From NCBI RefSeq assembly GCF_963921235.1, contig NC_086097.1:18354001-18418000 (forward strand): a stretch of DNA of 64,000 bases, in the 5' to 3' direction. Shown in pieces: positions 11,604-25,129 of this stretch (positions within the stretch are counted from its first letter, which is position 1; each line of letters begins with the position of its first letter). The notes under the pieces are model-generated. The model saw only the letters and a program-made list of their open reading frames with translations, did no database searches and was not told the origin of the DNA. The stretch is from Mobula hypostoma (lineage: Eukaryota). The position numbers were made by a program, and so were the translations under genes.

Positions 11604-12459
11604 GACGTTTGAACTCGATTGAATCTCCCTTATTTTCTGAGCTGCTTTCTGATGAAGCGTGATGTCACTGCTGGGCACAGCCATCAGAGAGTAGGCTGAT
11701 GCAATCTTAGGCGGTATGAAAGGTGCCAGTCACTGACCTGCTGAGGAGAGTGTGAGAAATGAGGCATGTAATCTTCAAAACATAAAAAGATGAAAACAGC
11801 AGAGAATATTTAACTTATCTTCCCATCTCTTTATTACTATGTTTTTCTCCTGGTATTCCTTGTAATTTTTCTTCCTAGCCCTAGGCTTGTTTCTATTCAC
11901 TTCTGCTTCCCCAATTAAAATTCAGCGCAGGGTAGTGACAGAAACATTAATTTCAGTGTCTCCTGTGTATGGGTGAGCAACTACTGATTTACTTTGTTTA
12001 TCTGCTATTAGACCAAGAATTTTTCATTTTACCCACGTTGGAAATGTTGCACTGTGGTTAGGTTACAGACTAGTGTCTGAAGATTTGATTTATAGATTTG
12101 CAGATCTGAGTTCAAGTCCCAGTAGAAGAGCTAAAAACTTAATTTCATATAATTAAATAAATCTGAAATCTGAAAAGCTACTGTCAGTCATGGTAACCTT
12201 GGAGATCCTAGGTTGATGTAAAACTCTGGCTAGCGTTATACCTGACACCAGCCCAGTCCACCTCTACTCAGCTGTCTGAGGCGAACCATTCAATTTATTT
12301 ACCTTTAACTTCGACAACAAATTTGGTGACATGTCAGTGGTAATAAATCTGATTCCAATTCTGAGATATAGCAGGTAACAGGCCTCTTCAGGCCAATGAG
12401 TCCATGCCGTCCAACTGTCCCCATGTGACTATTAACCTACTAACTCTCATGCCCCTGTT

Positions 12460-12880
12460 ATGTCACCAAAAACACTCGCAAATTTCTACAGATGCACTAT
12501 AGAGAGCATTCTAACTGGTTGCCTAATCCTCTGGTATGGAAGGGGGCATGGCTGGGATGCTACTGCTGGATCAATAAGAGCTGAAAAATTAGTCAGCTTC
12601 ATCATAGGCACTAGCTTCCGTATTATCCAGAACATCTTCAAGGAGCAGTGCCCATCATTGAGGACCCCATCATCCAAGGCATGACCTCTTCTCATTGGTA
12701 CCATCAGGGAGGATGTACAGAAACCTAAAGGCATGCACGCTGTGATTTAGGAACAGATTCTTCCCTTCTGCCACCCGATTTCTGAGTAGACATTGAGCAC
12801 ATGAGCACAACCTCACTGCTTTTTTATTTCCTATTTTTCTGCACTACTAATTCAATTTAACTATTTAATAAATAGATAAA
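12460..12880 (+). mobile_element. Rex1/Babar LINE 3' fragment
   Basis: MSPKTLANFYRCTIESILTGCLILWYG. The 3' UTR appears to resume at about 13451-13712 after an insertion. Confidence 0.8.
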
Positions 12881-12885
12881 ATAAA

Positions 12886-13450
12886 TAGGAGGCTATCCCT
12901 GTTACACAGGGTGCTTTGTGCAGGTGAATGGCTTCAAGGAGGAAGGACCAACACTCCTGTGGGAGACCCGTTTGCTCGAGGTGGATTTCGAGTGACGTTT
13001 GGAAGGCGGTGTGTGCTCTCACACAGAACAAGGGTCCAGCGCGTGAGTTACAGACAAGTTCAAGATGAGGTCCAACTTATGTGTGCATTTGACTGCTTAA
13101 GAATAATGGTCTCTCTTTGTTTTTTTTCTTCTTCTTTCTTTCCTTTCATAATTGTTTGCCAAAGTTAGCTTTCTTAAATATACTTCTTTACAGTTGTATA
13201 TAGTGTACGATCTGTTATTTCTTGCCGATGGGCGATTGCCAGGGGCAGTAAATCACATAGCAGACACACAAACCGGGGTTTGGGCAGGCAAGACAACCCA
13301 ACCTGATGGATTTGGCGGGACCAACGTCGTCTGCAGCCTAGATGTACAAAGCCTGAGAAAGGTGGCTTTCTCACTGCCTTGTCCAGTGGCTGTTAGCAGG
13401 GGGCTAACAAGTCGTATTTCCGGAGATGCCCAATTAAAAGGGGTTTCATA
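12886..13450 (+). mobile_element. Probable partial LTR inserted in the Rex1 3' UTR
   Basis: CpG-richer block ending ggggtttca, which resembles the termini of other LTRs in this window. No TSD found. Confidence 0.4.
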
Positions 13451-14349
13451 TATAATACTTATTTATTTATTTGTTTGTTGGCTTGTTTGCCAGTTTATTT
13501 ATTTACTTATTCTTTATTTTGTATTTGTACAGTTTGTTTGATGTCTTTTGTATGTTGGTTGTTATCCCATCCTGTTGGGTGCAGTTTTTCATTGATTCTA
13601 TTCTGTTTCTTTGTACTTACTGTGAATGCCCGCAAAGAAGTGAATCTCAGGTTTGTGTATGGTGACATGTACAGTATGTACTTTGATAACAAACTTATTT
13701 TGAACTTTGAACTTAAGCCATTAACTGGTGCATCTTTGGACAGTAGGAGAAAACAGGAGCACCAAGAGGAAATGTCTGCAGCTGTGGGGAAGGTGCACTA
13801 ACTCCCTACGGACAGTGCTGGAATTGAACTCTGAACTCCAACACCCTGGGCTGTAATAGTGTTGCGCTAACGTGCTACAATCCTGTCTCTCTTTGATTAT
13901 TTCTGTCAGAATCTAATTTCTTTTGGCCAGTAATCGGGAAGGGAATCTCGGTCTCGTCCTCCATGTGGGCCATCGTGTTCATTGCTCCTGTTCCTGAGCA
14001 TAGCAACATAGAATAATGAACAGGCAGGACTCACTGTGATGGCATGGCAACACAGCGATTAGTGCAACACTATTACAGTGCCAGCTGTAGGATCAGGCTT
14101 CAATTCCTGCTGCAGTCTGTAAGAAGTTTGTACGTTCTCCTCAAGACCATATAGATTTCCTCCGGGTGCTCCGGTTTCCTCCCACATTCCAAAGATATAT
14201 GGGTCAGGGTTACTAAGTAGTGGGCCTGCTATGTTGGTGCTGGAAGTATGGCAACACTTGTGGGCTGCTCAGCACAAACAATACTGACTTGACTCAGTGC
14301 AAATGATGTATTTTGTTGTATGTTTTAGTGGACATATGACTAATGAAGG

Positions 14350-14589
14350 ATTCCCTAGCTTCTTTGTTCCCTCCCTCTTTCCCTTCTTCCTTCCAACGTT
14401 TTCTCCCTCCTTTCTTCCTTCATTCCTTTCCTCCTTCCCTCCTTCTTTCTCTCCTCATTTTCTTCCTTCCCTCCTTCTCTCCTTCCTTCCTTCCTCTTTC
14501 CTTCCCTCCTTCCTTCCATCCTTTCATCTTTCCCTCCCTTCATACCACCTTCCCTCCCTCCCTCTTTCCCACTTTCATCCCTTCCTTCT
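14350..14589. repeat. Degenerate (CCTT)n polypyrimidine tract, left part
   Basis: Low-complexity C/T run. Confidence 0.9.
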
Positions 14590-16677
14590 TGTATGTTTGT
14601 TCTTAATAAGGACAAAGAGCGTGGGTAAATGCTAGAATATTTTATTTGCAGAATGGCTTTGGCTGCACACTGAGTGTGTGCGACCAGCTCCCCCATTGAA
14701 GCTTCTGGTTCTGGGGTGAACCACCCACATTGCACACTTGGAACTGAAGATCTTCATTATGTACACACATAACACATCTTCCCGCCCCACCCCCTTAACA
14801 AAAAGCAAACACAATAGTATGTTCTCATAAACTTGTAAGGAACAATAATTCTTTCCAACAATGATATCCTCATTAACTTTAATCGTAATGAGCAAATACA
14901 GTCCCTTATTCACTCATCATCTTTCAATCAGTTTCTGAGGTGGTTTCATTATCCTTTTCAGTCTTCAGTTTGTTTCAACAGATGTATTGCTTTTATTTGC
15001 TGCATTAATATTAGTGTCTTTCTGAGAACTATGATCAACATGTTCATTTGTTTCACATCCTTCTGTTAGGATTCTAACTTTTTTCACCAGGTTGAGCTTT
15101 TCACATGCATTTAGACCTAATATTGGCCATACTCCCTTTTCTACAATCAGTAGTTGCGTCTTTAGGTGCTGCCCCTTGAGATTGAAGGTCACTATGCAGT
15201 CTCCTTTTACTGGAAATTTCACTCCAGGATAGCCTGTCACTTTTAAGTCACTGGGTAAATCTTGCTGTTTACTTTGAGATTCCTGTAATTGTCTATGGAC
15301 AACAGATTCACCTGGGATTCAGTGTCAAGCTTGAATGGATTTACTATCTCATTCACAGTCATTGGAGCAACCCATTTCCTCATCAATCGTGTGCACCTTT
15401 CTCTTGGTAGCCCCAGCTATGCAGCACTTTGCAAAATGATTCTTCTTCCCACAATTACTGCAGAGATTTCCATAAGTAGAACTCATCTTTGGAATGTGAC
15501 TACTTCTGTATTTGTTGCATTTTCTGTTTGAGCCTACCTTTTCGCTTTACTGTTGCTTTGGGAAATGCCTTTTGCTCTGCCCCTCTGTTGTGTTGGCTCT
15601 GTGAAGCTTCTTCAATTGTGCTCATGTAGTCTCTGCTGCTTTACACATATACACAGCCTTTTTCAGCATCATATTATTTTCACAGAGCAATCTTCCTCGG
15701 ATTACATTATCTGGGATTCCACAAGCTATTTTGTCTCTCACTAGTGAGTCTCTCAAATCTCTAAACTCACAGACTTACTCAGAGTGTGAACCTCAGGTAA
15801 GTATTGGTCGAAGCTATCACCTTGCTTCTGGTCACAGAAAAAGAAATTATATCTCTGAAAGGTGATGTTTTTACTTGCGACAAAATACTGTTCAATTTTT
15901 GTGCACAGAGTGTCCAACGTAAAGGCTATCTCAACAATTTGAAAGCTGTTGTAGATGTCCAAGGGCCAGATGGTGGCGTAGTGGCATCTTCTCTGGACTT
16001 TGAGGCAGATAGTCCTGAGTTCAAATCTAGCCAGATCCCCAACTGGGCAACAGCAGTAACTGCAGGGAAGAATGGCCTGGCAATCTACTTCCGCATCTTG
16101 CCACAAAACCCAATGAACAGCTATGATAGTCACAGGGTTGCCATGAATCAATGGCACTTAACAACAACAACCTAGATGTCCAAATCAACTTCGGCAATTA
16201 CATGTAGAAAAATAGAGACTTTAGATTTTTTATGGGTCCCGCTCCCTCCCCTACCTGCTGAATGAAGCACTTCCAATTATCAGTTAGATTTCTGGAAAAC
16301 TGCGTAGATGCAAGAGGACTTATGTTATCCATGGTGGGAATTTTCAGCCTCTCGCCTGAATTTCTCTTGGTTAATTTAGGAACAACGTGCTCTGTTGTCT
16401 CACTGGCCTGCTTCTTTTTGTTGGAGTCTCCTTCTCAGCTGTGCATGGTATTCATTTACACTCTCTGGTTAAAGCTTACACTGACTTCTGACACCATGTT
16501 AAGTTTGTTCTTACTAGTGACGAACTAAGCATGGGTAAACACTAGCACATTTTATTTATAGAATTGTTTCGGTTCCACACTGAGGGCATGTGACAAGCTC
16601 CCCATAAAAGCTTCGCATTAGGGGGTGAACTGCCCACAATGTCCACAGGGGACTGAAGTTCTTTATTATGTACAAAC
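14590..16677 (-). mobile_element. Short Gypsy-like LTR element with gag and protease only
   Basis: Diverged LTR pair at 14590-14774 and 16497-about 16677. PBS TGGTGTCAGAAGT (tRNA-Leu type) at 16484-16496; PPT at about 14775-14795. Gag NITFQRYNFFFCDQKQGDSFDQY, knuckle CSNCGKKNHFAKCC, protease FKLDTESQVNLL. No RT or integrase. Confidence 0.85.
15963..16172 (+). mobile_element. tRNA-derived SINE with RTE-type tail
   Basis: 11-bp TSD TAGATGTCCAA at 15952-15962 and 16173-16183. A-box TGGCGTAGTGG, B-box GAGTTCAAATC, (CAA)n tail. Confidence 0.85.
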
Positions 16678-17052
16678 TTCCTTCCTTTCTTCCCTCCATC
16701 CCTCCCTCCTTACCTCTTTCATTCTTTCATTCCCTCCTTTCCTCATACCATCTTTCCTTTCTTCCTTCTTTCCCTCCTTCATTCCCTTCTTCCTTCCCTC
16801 TCTCCTTCCCTCCATCCTTCTTTTCCTCCATTCATTCATCCTTCCCTTTTTCCTTCCTTCCGTCCATCCTTCATTTGTTCCTTCATTTCTTTCCTCCCTC
16901 TCTCCTTCCCTCCTTCCTACATTCCTTCCTTCTTTCCCTCCTTTCCTCCTTCCTTCCCTCCTTCCTTCCCTTCCTCCCTCTATCCCTCCTTCATTCCTTT
17001 CTTCTTTCCTTTCTACCTACTCTCCCTCCCTCCTCCCTTCCTTCCTTCTTTC
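16678..17052. repeat. Degenerate (CCTT)n polypyrimidine tract, right part
   Basis: Low-complexity C/T run. Confidence 0.9.
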
Positions 17053-17540
17053 TGAGAATCAACACTGGTGCACGTCAGGGATGTGTGCTTAGTCCACTGC
17101 TCTGCCCTCAATGCCTATGACTATGTGGTTAGGCACAGTTCAAATCCCATCTATAAATTTGCTGATGATACAACCCTTGTTGCCAGAATCTTAGGTGGGG
17201 ATGAGAGGGCATACAGGAGCGAGATATATCAGCTAGCTGAATGGCGTCACAACAACAACCTTGCACTCAACATCAGTAAGACCAAAGAATTGCTTGCGGT
17301 CTTCAGGAAGGGTAAGAGGAGGGACTACAAAATGGAGAGGGCTCAGAAATGGAGAGAGTGAGCAATTTTAGGTTCCTGCATATTAATATCCCTGAGGATC
17401 AAACCTGGTCCCAGCACATTGATGCAGCTATAAAGAAGGCAAGACAGTGGCTATATTTCATTAGGAGTTTGAGGAGATTTGGTTTGTCACCCAAAACACT
17501 TGAAAACTTTTACAGATGTACAATGGAGAGCATACCAGTA
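17053..17540 (+). mobile_element. Rex1/Babar RT fragment
   Basis: INTGARQGCVLSPLL; YKFADDTTLVARI; KKARQWLYFIRSLRRFG. Confidence 0.85.
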
Positions 17541-18297
17541 TACTAGTCCAGAAAAGGACAACTAAGTTGCGTAAAAAAAGGTAACAAAATTTATGTTTGT
17601 TGCTTCTTTTTCTTCATTTCACCTTCAGTGATTTACTTCACAGAACTTCAACACATTTTAACTGAATTTCTAAAAAAAGAATTCAATTACTGTATTATAG
17701 CTGCTTTTAAATGTCTTGATTTAGAAATTGTGGCCATTAAAAAATAACAGCACCGTTGTGGCCGGGGCATGTTTCCAATAAATGAGAGCTAGTCACTGCT
17801 TGCTGACATCTGCTTTGGTGTTCGGCAAGCACGACAAGGCCTGGTACAAATGGAGAATGAGTGGCTCTGCATTCTTGGGCTTGCTAGTTATCACAGTTCA
17901 CATGCAGAGTAGTTTGTCTTCATAAACACCAGGTTACAATGGAATTTTAAATTTGCACAGACCTCACAGAGTAAATATGTGTGCATGGTAGTAATAAATC
18001 AAACAATAAATACCATTATGAGCGCAAACAACAAAATGATGCAAAGATCATAATGCAAACTGAAATAGTGCAAAAAAGAGATACTGAATTGACAATAATG
18101 GAAAGGGTAGAACTGAGGACATGACAGCAGCACTGGAAGGGGATGCGAGAAAGGTGACTGGTGAAGTCGTCTGATATCCGTGGAGAAGAAGCTGTTTTTA
18201 AGTCTTGTCTTCCTGCCTTTCAGAGGGGATGAGAGAGATAAGGGAATGGCCAGGGCTGCAGGCATCATTAACAGTCACTTAGATGTCCTGAAACAAA

Positions 18298-18985
18298 TGT
18301 AGCCCCCTAGTAAGCCTCAGGCTCACTCAGCTCGCTTTCGTCTAGGGGGAGCAGCCTTCGGCCCTGCCAAACTGGGTAATCAAGTTTGTGTGGATGCTGT
18401 GTGATGTACCCCACCACGCCAAATAAGAGACAATACACCATATGTGATTAAATGATTACACTTTAGAGATCTTACTGGAACTATGTAATTAATAGAGATA
18501 AAATATAAAAGGAAAGTAAAAGGCGCCAAACTTACCAAAGTTCAAGCTCTTCGTGCACAACAGTTGGAACTCTAGTAATGGGGTCAGATTTCTACCATTC
18601 GACCCCCTCCGACCACTGCGACCCGCTATCTGGGACCAACCACGGTGGTCGACCAGACGCTCCACTTGAGTCTGTCTTCATCTCCTCTCCTCGCTGAAGA
18701 CCCTGTACCTCGGACTCCGGCTCAGAGTCCGTCCCGTCGGCCAGCTCACAGCATCGCGTCCACTCTCTCTCTCCCCATCGCGCCTTCTCTCAAAAACCCG
18801 CGCATCACAGTAGCTTACAGACACACAAGAAAGAATAGCATCTATCCCAATTGGTTAGCAACTGAATACAACTCTCTCTATAACCCAAGCAAGCTGCTAG
18901 CGAGAGAACTTTCTCAGCAGTTAACATAACAAAGAAGCCATTTCGATTAGTCTACGCAGTAACATAAAAGAAGAAATCCCTTACA
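18298..18985 (-). mobile_element. Solo LTR
   Basis: TGTAG...TTACA termini and 4-bp TSD CAAA (18294-18297, 18986-18989). Homologous copy at 45267-45974. Strand is inferred. Confidence 0.85.
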
Positions 18986-19152
18986 CAAAGAAGCTTGAAG
19001 ATGGACCAGACTGAAGTAAGTTATAAAGTCACAGAGCAATACACCATGGAGATAGGCCCTTCGTCCCAAATTATCCATGACAGTTATGTTCAAAGTACAA
19101 TGTACGTTTGTTATTAAAGTTACATACAACGCTGAGACTCAGTTTCATGTGG

Positions 19153-19488
19153 TGTAACACACCAGCATCAATAGATATGAAATTGAATCGGATTTTTATA
19201 AATAAACAACGAAGTTTATTAACCTCTACTCAAAAATATAGAAATGTAAACAAACGGCTAACAAATGGAAGTTAACAGTGTTATGTGTCTTTAGTTATCA
19301 GTCGAACTTAAAGACAATTCTTAACAGATCTTACTCAAACACAGTCTTAAGGTGGTGGTTCAAAGAGTCCAAGTGATTTATGAAATAAGCCAGAGGAGAG
19401 ATCTCCCAAACCAGCGATAAAGAAGAGACAAAACTGCCGACACAGATCCCAGCCGAGAAATTTTTTTTCATTTCTATTTATTTGATTT

Positions 19489-19537
<49 letters not shown>

Positions 19538-19737
19538 CCCCCCCCCCACGATTGCATAACCACCGACTGTGACTCCCCAACAAAAAACGACGCAACACAC
19601 TGTGGTCTCCCCTTTTATACTTGTTGGAACATGCCATCATGTGACATCACATCACCCCATTATCACGACCATTACGTCATGCCACTATCATGAGACAATT
19701 ACATCATGCTCATGAGATACTCACAGGACAGGTAACA
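19153..19737. mobile_element. Solo LTR of a second family with an internal (CT)n run
   Basis: TGTAAC...GTAACA termini; TSD GTGG at 19149-19152 and 19738-19741. Confidence 0.8.
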
Positions 19738-20367
19738 GTGGGAAGACGCAATAAATCAATAATAGAATCAGTAAAAGGCTACACCAACTAGAGTTCAACC
19801 ATGTGTGCAAAAGACGCCATACCTGATGGTTGAGGGGTACTAATATGGAGGTAGGTCCTTCATTCCAACTCATCCATGACAACCATGTTTCCTGCCAAGC
19901 TAGTCCCATTTACCCGTGTGTGGCGCATATCCCATGAAACCCCTCCTATGCATGTCCTTATCCAAATGTCTTTTAAATGTTGTTTGATTATTTGCCTCAA
20001 CCACCTTCTCTGGTAGTTTGTTCCATAGATGCACCACCTTTTGCATGAAAAAATTGCCTCTCAGGTCTTTTTTGAAAGTCTGAAATGCGAAGCCTATAAT
20101 GGGCTGGCTAGTGTTCATCACCTTCTGAGGGTTTCATCAGACTGTTTCCATGCTGGATGACTCCTTGGACCACCATATCCATGGCAACCGTCAAATGTCA
20201 CCTGTATCAACACATGGACCAAAGATCATGATGTCATACAGCACAGAAAGAAATCTTGCAGCCTTCTGTGTTCATGCCAACCATTGAGTATCTGTACTAA
20301 CATTTGGAATCTGTAAATCTAAATTAACACTCTGATTTTACTTTACTACTTAACACACTCATACATA

Positions 20368-20718
20368 TCATCATCACTATGTGCCATATCATTTGAATGG
20401 GCGATCATATCTTGACCATGAGTGTTCTTGGTTAATTTTTCTATAGAAGTGCCTTCTGAGCAGTGACTTTACAAGACAGGTGACTCCACCCATTATCAAT
20501 ACTCTTCAGAGATTGTCTGCCTTGTTTCAGTGGTAGCATAACCAGGACTTGTGATATGCATCAGCTGCTCATACAGCTATCCACCATCTGCTCCTATGGC
20601 TTTACATGACCCCTCAGGGTGGGGGGGGGGGTGGGGGCTAAGCAGGTGCCATACCTAGCGTAGGGAAGGTGCTCCTTACTCCACCTTTGGTAGAGACATA
20701 ACTCCACCCTGCCACCCT
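20368..20718 (-). mobile_element. SINE with RTE-type 3' tail
   Basis: (TGA)n tail on the minus strand. A partial plus-strand copy at about 24948-25118 contains agaaggcaatggcaaaccact. Confidence 0.6.
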
Positions 20719-22366
20719 TCTCATGTAATAGAACAAGTAGAACAGAAAACAAACTTAAATAAATAATTGTCAAACAGTCTTGTATTGGCACTTCTAGTGT
20801 TACGTGGCTCTGTCTTCTTGGGATCCCATTGAACTGGAATGAATTCCTCAGCCTCAGGGTTGGGAAGGCTGGTTGAAGTTGGTATAAAAGCTGATACTGA
20901 GGCCAAAGGACCGTTTGCGGAAGGCCTTTACATCCTTGGGACCTGAACCCCAAGTTAATAAGTTCTGTGAGTCTATGTTTCTTGCTCATTATTGTGATTG
21001 AGGAGTTCTAGGCCATGGGTTCTTGATATTGACTAAAACCTCACAAGGAGGCACTAAATAGGTATTCTTTCCTACACACAGCACTTTATTAGGACATCAA
21101 AAGCAGACTGAAAATGATTTTCAAAGCTAAATGATTTGTGTGTACAAAGCATAGCTCCCAGACTCATTTAATCATTTCTTCAATTGGATCACTTGATATT
21201 GTCATAAACCTCAGGGACTATGGAAATAATAAACCTTCTATGTTATATCTTTTGATTGGATTTATTGAAATATTGTTCAGTTACAAGTTTAATGTAAAAA
21301 ATTCTATTGCTTCTCAGTCTAGCTTCTGTACCTTTATTAAAACAGACAAGTAATAGATTCATATTCTGTTCAGTGACCTTCTGTATCTCCTCACCACCTG
21401 TCATGGGTTCATTAGCCTGACTTTGCTTTTATCTCCCTACTTTCATGGTCCTTATTCTCCGTTTCCCTCCTAAGGAGGAGGAACAATTCAATCAGATTCT
21501 CCCTCATCCTTTTGAACTCCATTGCAATTAGGACCAGAGAAATCTATCATTTCTCATGTGTTAAATTTGTCTTTCTTGGGAGGAAATATTGTATCATTTC
21601 TTAATGCATGCATTACTAAATGACAATAAAAGGGGACTGTGTGTCTTCATAATCTAAAAAAAATTCAGGTGAACTTCCTCTCGACCCTCTCCTGGGCATG
21701 CACATCCTTCCTTAAATACGGAGTTGAAAACTGCTCACAATTTTCATATGGAACATAAAACACTGAAGTACAGTACAGGTAAGATGCATCATGGGATCAC
21801 AGTAGAGTAGTGGTTAGTGAGATGCTATTACAGCTTGAGGGAGTCAGAGTTCAGAGTTCAATCCCAGCATCATGTGTAAAAAGATTTACGTTCTCCCCAT
21901 GACCATGTAGATTTCCTCTTGGTGCTCTGGTTTCCTCCCATGATCCAAAGACATACTGATTGGTAAGTAAATTTGTCATTGTAAATTGTCCTGTGATTAG
22001 GCTAGGGTGAAATAGATGGATTGCTGGGCTGAAGACTCTGTTCTGTATCTCTAAACAAATAGATAAATATATAAATAAATAAATGTTGCAAACATCTGGA
22101 ATAAATAGGCACTTGCTTCCTGTCTATAAATTTGGTAGCAAAAATTAGTGCCCAAAGAACATGCACTTCGTAGGACAATGTACAGCGTGATAACTCCTTT
22201 CAGCCTTGTATGCATTTAAGCACAGGTGTAGACTACAGAGTCAAATTCACCAGACCTGCCCTCATCTCTTGCTTCCTTGTCTAAAGCTTTCCCCATTCCT
22301 TTCCTTTGTTGCCCAGCTTCTTTCCATCTCACCAGCTATCGTTTGCCACTAGCTTCTGTTGCCTTC

Positions 22367-23180
22367 ATAGAACATAGAACATAGAATAGTACAGCACAGT
22401 ACAGGCCCTTCGGCCCACAATGTTGTGCTGACCCTGAAACCCTGCCTCCCATATAAGCCCCCACCTTAAATTCCTCCATATACCTGCCTAGTAGTCTCTT
22501 AAACTTCACTAGTGTATCTGCCTCCACCACTGACTCAGGCAGTGCATTCCACTCACCAACCACTCTCTGAGTAAAAATCCTTCCTCCAATATCCCCCTTG
22601 AACTTCCCACCCCTTACCTTAAAGCCATGTCCTCTTGTATTGAGCAGTGGTGCCCTGGGGAAGAGGCGCTGACTATCCACTCTATCTATTCCTCTTATTA
22701 TCTTGTACACCTCTATCATGTCTCCTCTCATCCTCCTTCTCTCCAAAGAGTAAAGCCCTAGCTCCCTTAATCTCTGATCATAATGCATACTTTCTAAACC
22801 AGGCAGCATCCTGGGAAATCTCCTCTGTACCCTTTCCAATGCTTCCACATCCTTCCTATAGTGAGGTGACCAGAACTGAATAAGTACTCCAAGTGTGGCC
22901 TAACCAGAGTTTTATAGAGCTGCATCTTTTCATCGCGACTCTTAAACTCTATCCCTCGACTTATGAAAGCTAACACCCCATAAGCTTTCTTAACTACCCT
23001 ATCCACCCGTGAGGCAACTTTCAGGGATCTGTGGACATGTACCCCGAGATCCCTCTGCTTCTCCACACTACCAAGTATCCTGCCATTTACTTTGTACTCT
23101 GCCTTTGAGTTTGTCCTTCCAAAGTGTACCACCTCACACTTCTCCGGGTTGAACTCCATCTGCCACTTCTCAGCCCACTT
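22367..23180 (-). mobile_element. Young CR1 LINE 3' fragment
   Basis: WAEKWQMEFNPEKCEVVHFG; LERRRMRGDMIEVYKIIRG; (TTCTATG)n tail. Closely similar to the CR1 at 50427-52930. Confidence 0.92.
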
Positions 23181-25129
23181 AGATGCTTGCCCACTTGTAA
23201 TAACTGACAACTGTCGAAAAGAAGCATTCATCCATAACTCAACGTAAGCTGACAAGAGCTGACAAAAACCAAAAGCTCTCTAAGGGACTGTTAAATTAAA
23301 TCCATTTTTATTATTTTGGACTGCATTAGTTAAGGAAACATTATGTTTCAAATGTCTCTCAAAGCAATAAGAAATTTGCATAGATTCAAATAGAAAGCAG
23401 AGTTGTGCTATTGAAAACTGGCTTGGCCTGAAGCGGAGCAGCTTTGTGGAAACAAATTGCTGATGCAAAATTTTGAAACAAGAACAAAAGTTGTGGAATA
23501 ATGCAGCCAGTCAGGCAGCATCTGTGGAAAGATAAACCAGTCAGAAAGGCAGTTTTGATGGTGGGTCCCAGTCCCAAAAGCTGCTTTCTACAGATGCTGC
23601 TTGACTGTTTGAGTTTCTCCAGTATTTCAGTTTCTATTAGAGCAATTTTATGTTACTTTTGTGGATACTTTAGCATTCTTCAGGGGAAGTTTTGTTCTCT
23701 CTTGCACATATATTCCAGCATAATCTGCTCCAAATAACATCCACACACAATATTCACCTGCAGTGAGGTTTTGAACCTCAAAAACCTTAAAAGTACCAGT
23801 TTCCCCATGCAACCTTATTACTTGGAAGGTGTATACCTAGGTTCAAATATGACCTGTCTCTGTGGGATCTGCACATACACACTGTGATTGCCCGAGCTTC
23901 CTCCGAGAGCTGTGGTTTCATCCCGCATTCAATGTTGGTAGGATGCTTAGCCATGGTAAATTGCCCCTAGGATGGACGTGAACGGTAGAACCTTGGGGAG
24001 AATACAATGGGATTGGTGTACATAGCACAATGCAGCATAGGGACAGGTGCTTCAGGCCACGATGTCTGTGCTGACCATAATGCTAAATTAAGCTCAATGT
24101 ATTGGTCTTCACATGATCCATATCTCTCCATCCCCAGTGTGCTCATGTCCCTGTCTAGATGCCACTATCATATTTGATTCTGCCACTTCCCTGGCCGTGC
24201 TTTCCCGGTGCCTACCACTCTCTGTGCAAACGACATGCCCACACATCTCTAAACGGAAATTTCCCTCTTTCACCTAAAAGATATTTTCCTCTAATATTTG
24301 GCAATTCTACCTGGGAATAAAATTTCTAGTGTAGTACTGGTGCAACTGGGTGCTTTGATATTTAGTGTTGACAATTGGCTGGGCCTGGTGGGGCAAAGGT
24401 TAGTTTTAGAAGCCGTATGACTTCAGAACAGTCCACACTTATGATAGGACTGCTTTTCTCATGGAGATCAAGACGATGGACATCTTCAGCTTCTCAGCCT
24501 CAGAGTCATTCCATGCTGCTCACCTCTGCATTTTTAACAGCATGCTGCTCACAGCTGTATTAGATTTTGTAAGGTATTGGTCAGACCACATTTGGATAAT
24601 TGTAATCCAGAGTATGATCCCAGGAATAAAATGGTTAACATAGGAGGTAGCGTTTTTTGGCTCTGTGTCTGTAGTCGCTGGAGTTCAGAAGAGTAAAAGG
24701 GGATCTCATTGTAATTTGCCATATATTGAAAGATCTAGATAAGTGGACATGCAGAGAATGTTTCCGATAGTGGGAGAGTCTAGGAACATAAGGCACAGCC
24801 TCAGAACAGAAGTCCCATTAGTAAAGAGATGAAGATTAATTTCTTTATCCAGAGGTGGTGAATCTGTGGAATTCATTGCCACAGACAGCTGTGAAGGTCA
24901 ACTCATTGGGTATATTTAAAGTGAAGGTTGGTAGCTTCTTGATTAGTCAAGGCAGACAATCTCTGAAGAGTATTGATAATGGTTGGCATGGCCCATCTTG
25001 TAAAGACACTGCCCAGAAGAAGGCAATGGCAAACCACTTCTGTAGAAAAATTTGCCAAGAACAATCATGGTCATGGAAAGAGAATGATTGCCCATGTCAT
25101 ACGATGTGGCACATAACAGATGGACTACT

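Noticed and set aside
14297..17120. Long S/F/L/P-rich ORFs
   Set aside because: Translations of (CCTT)n low-complexity tracts.
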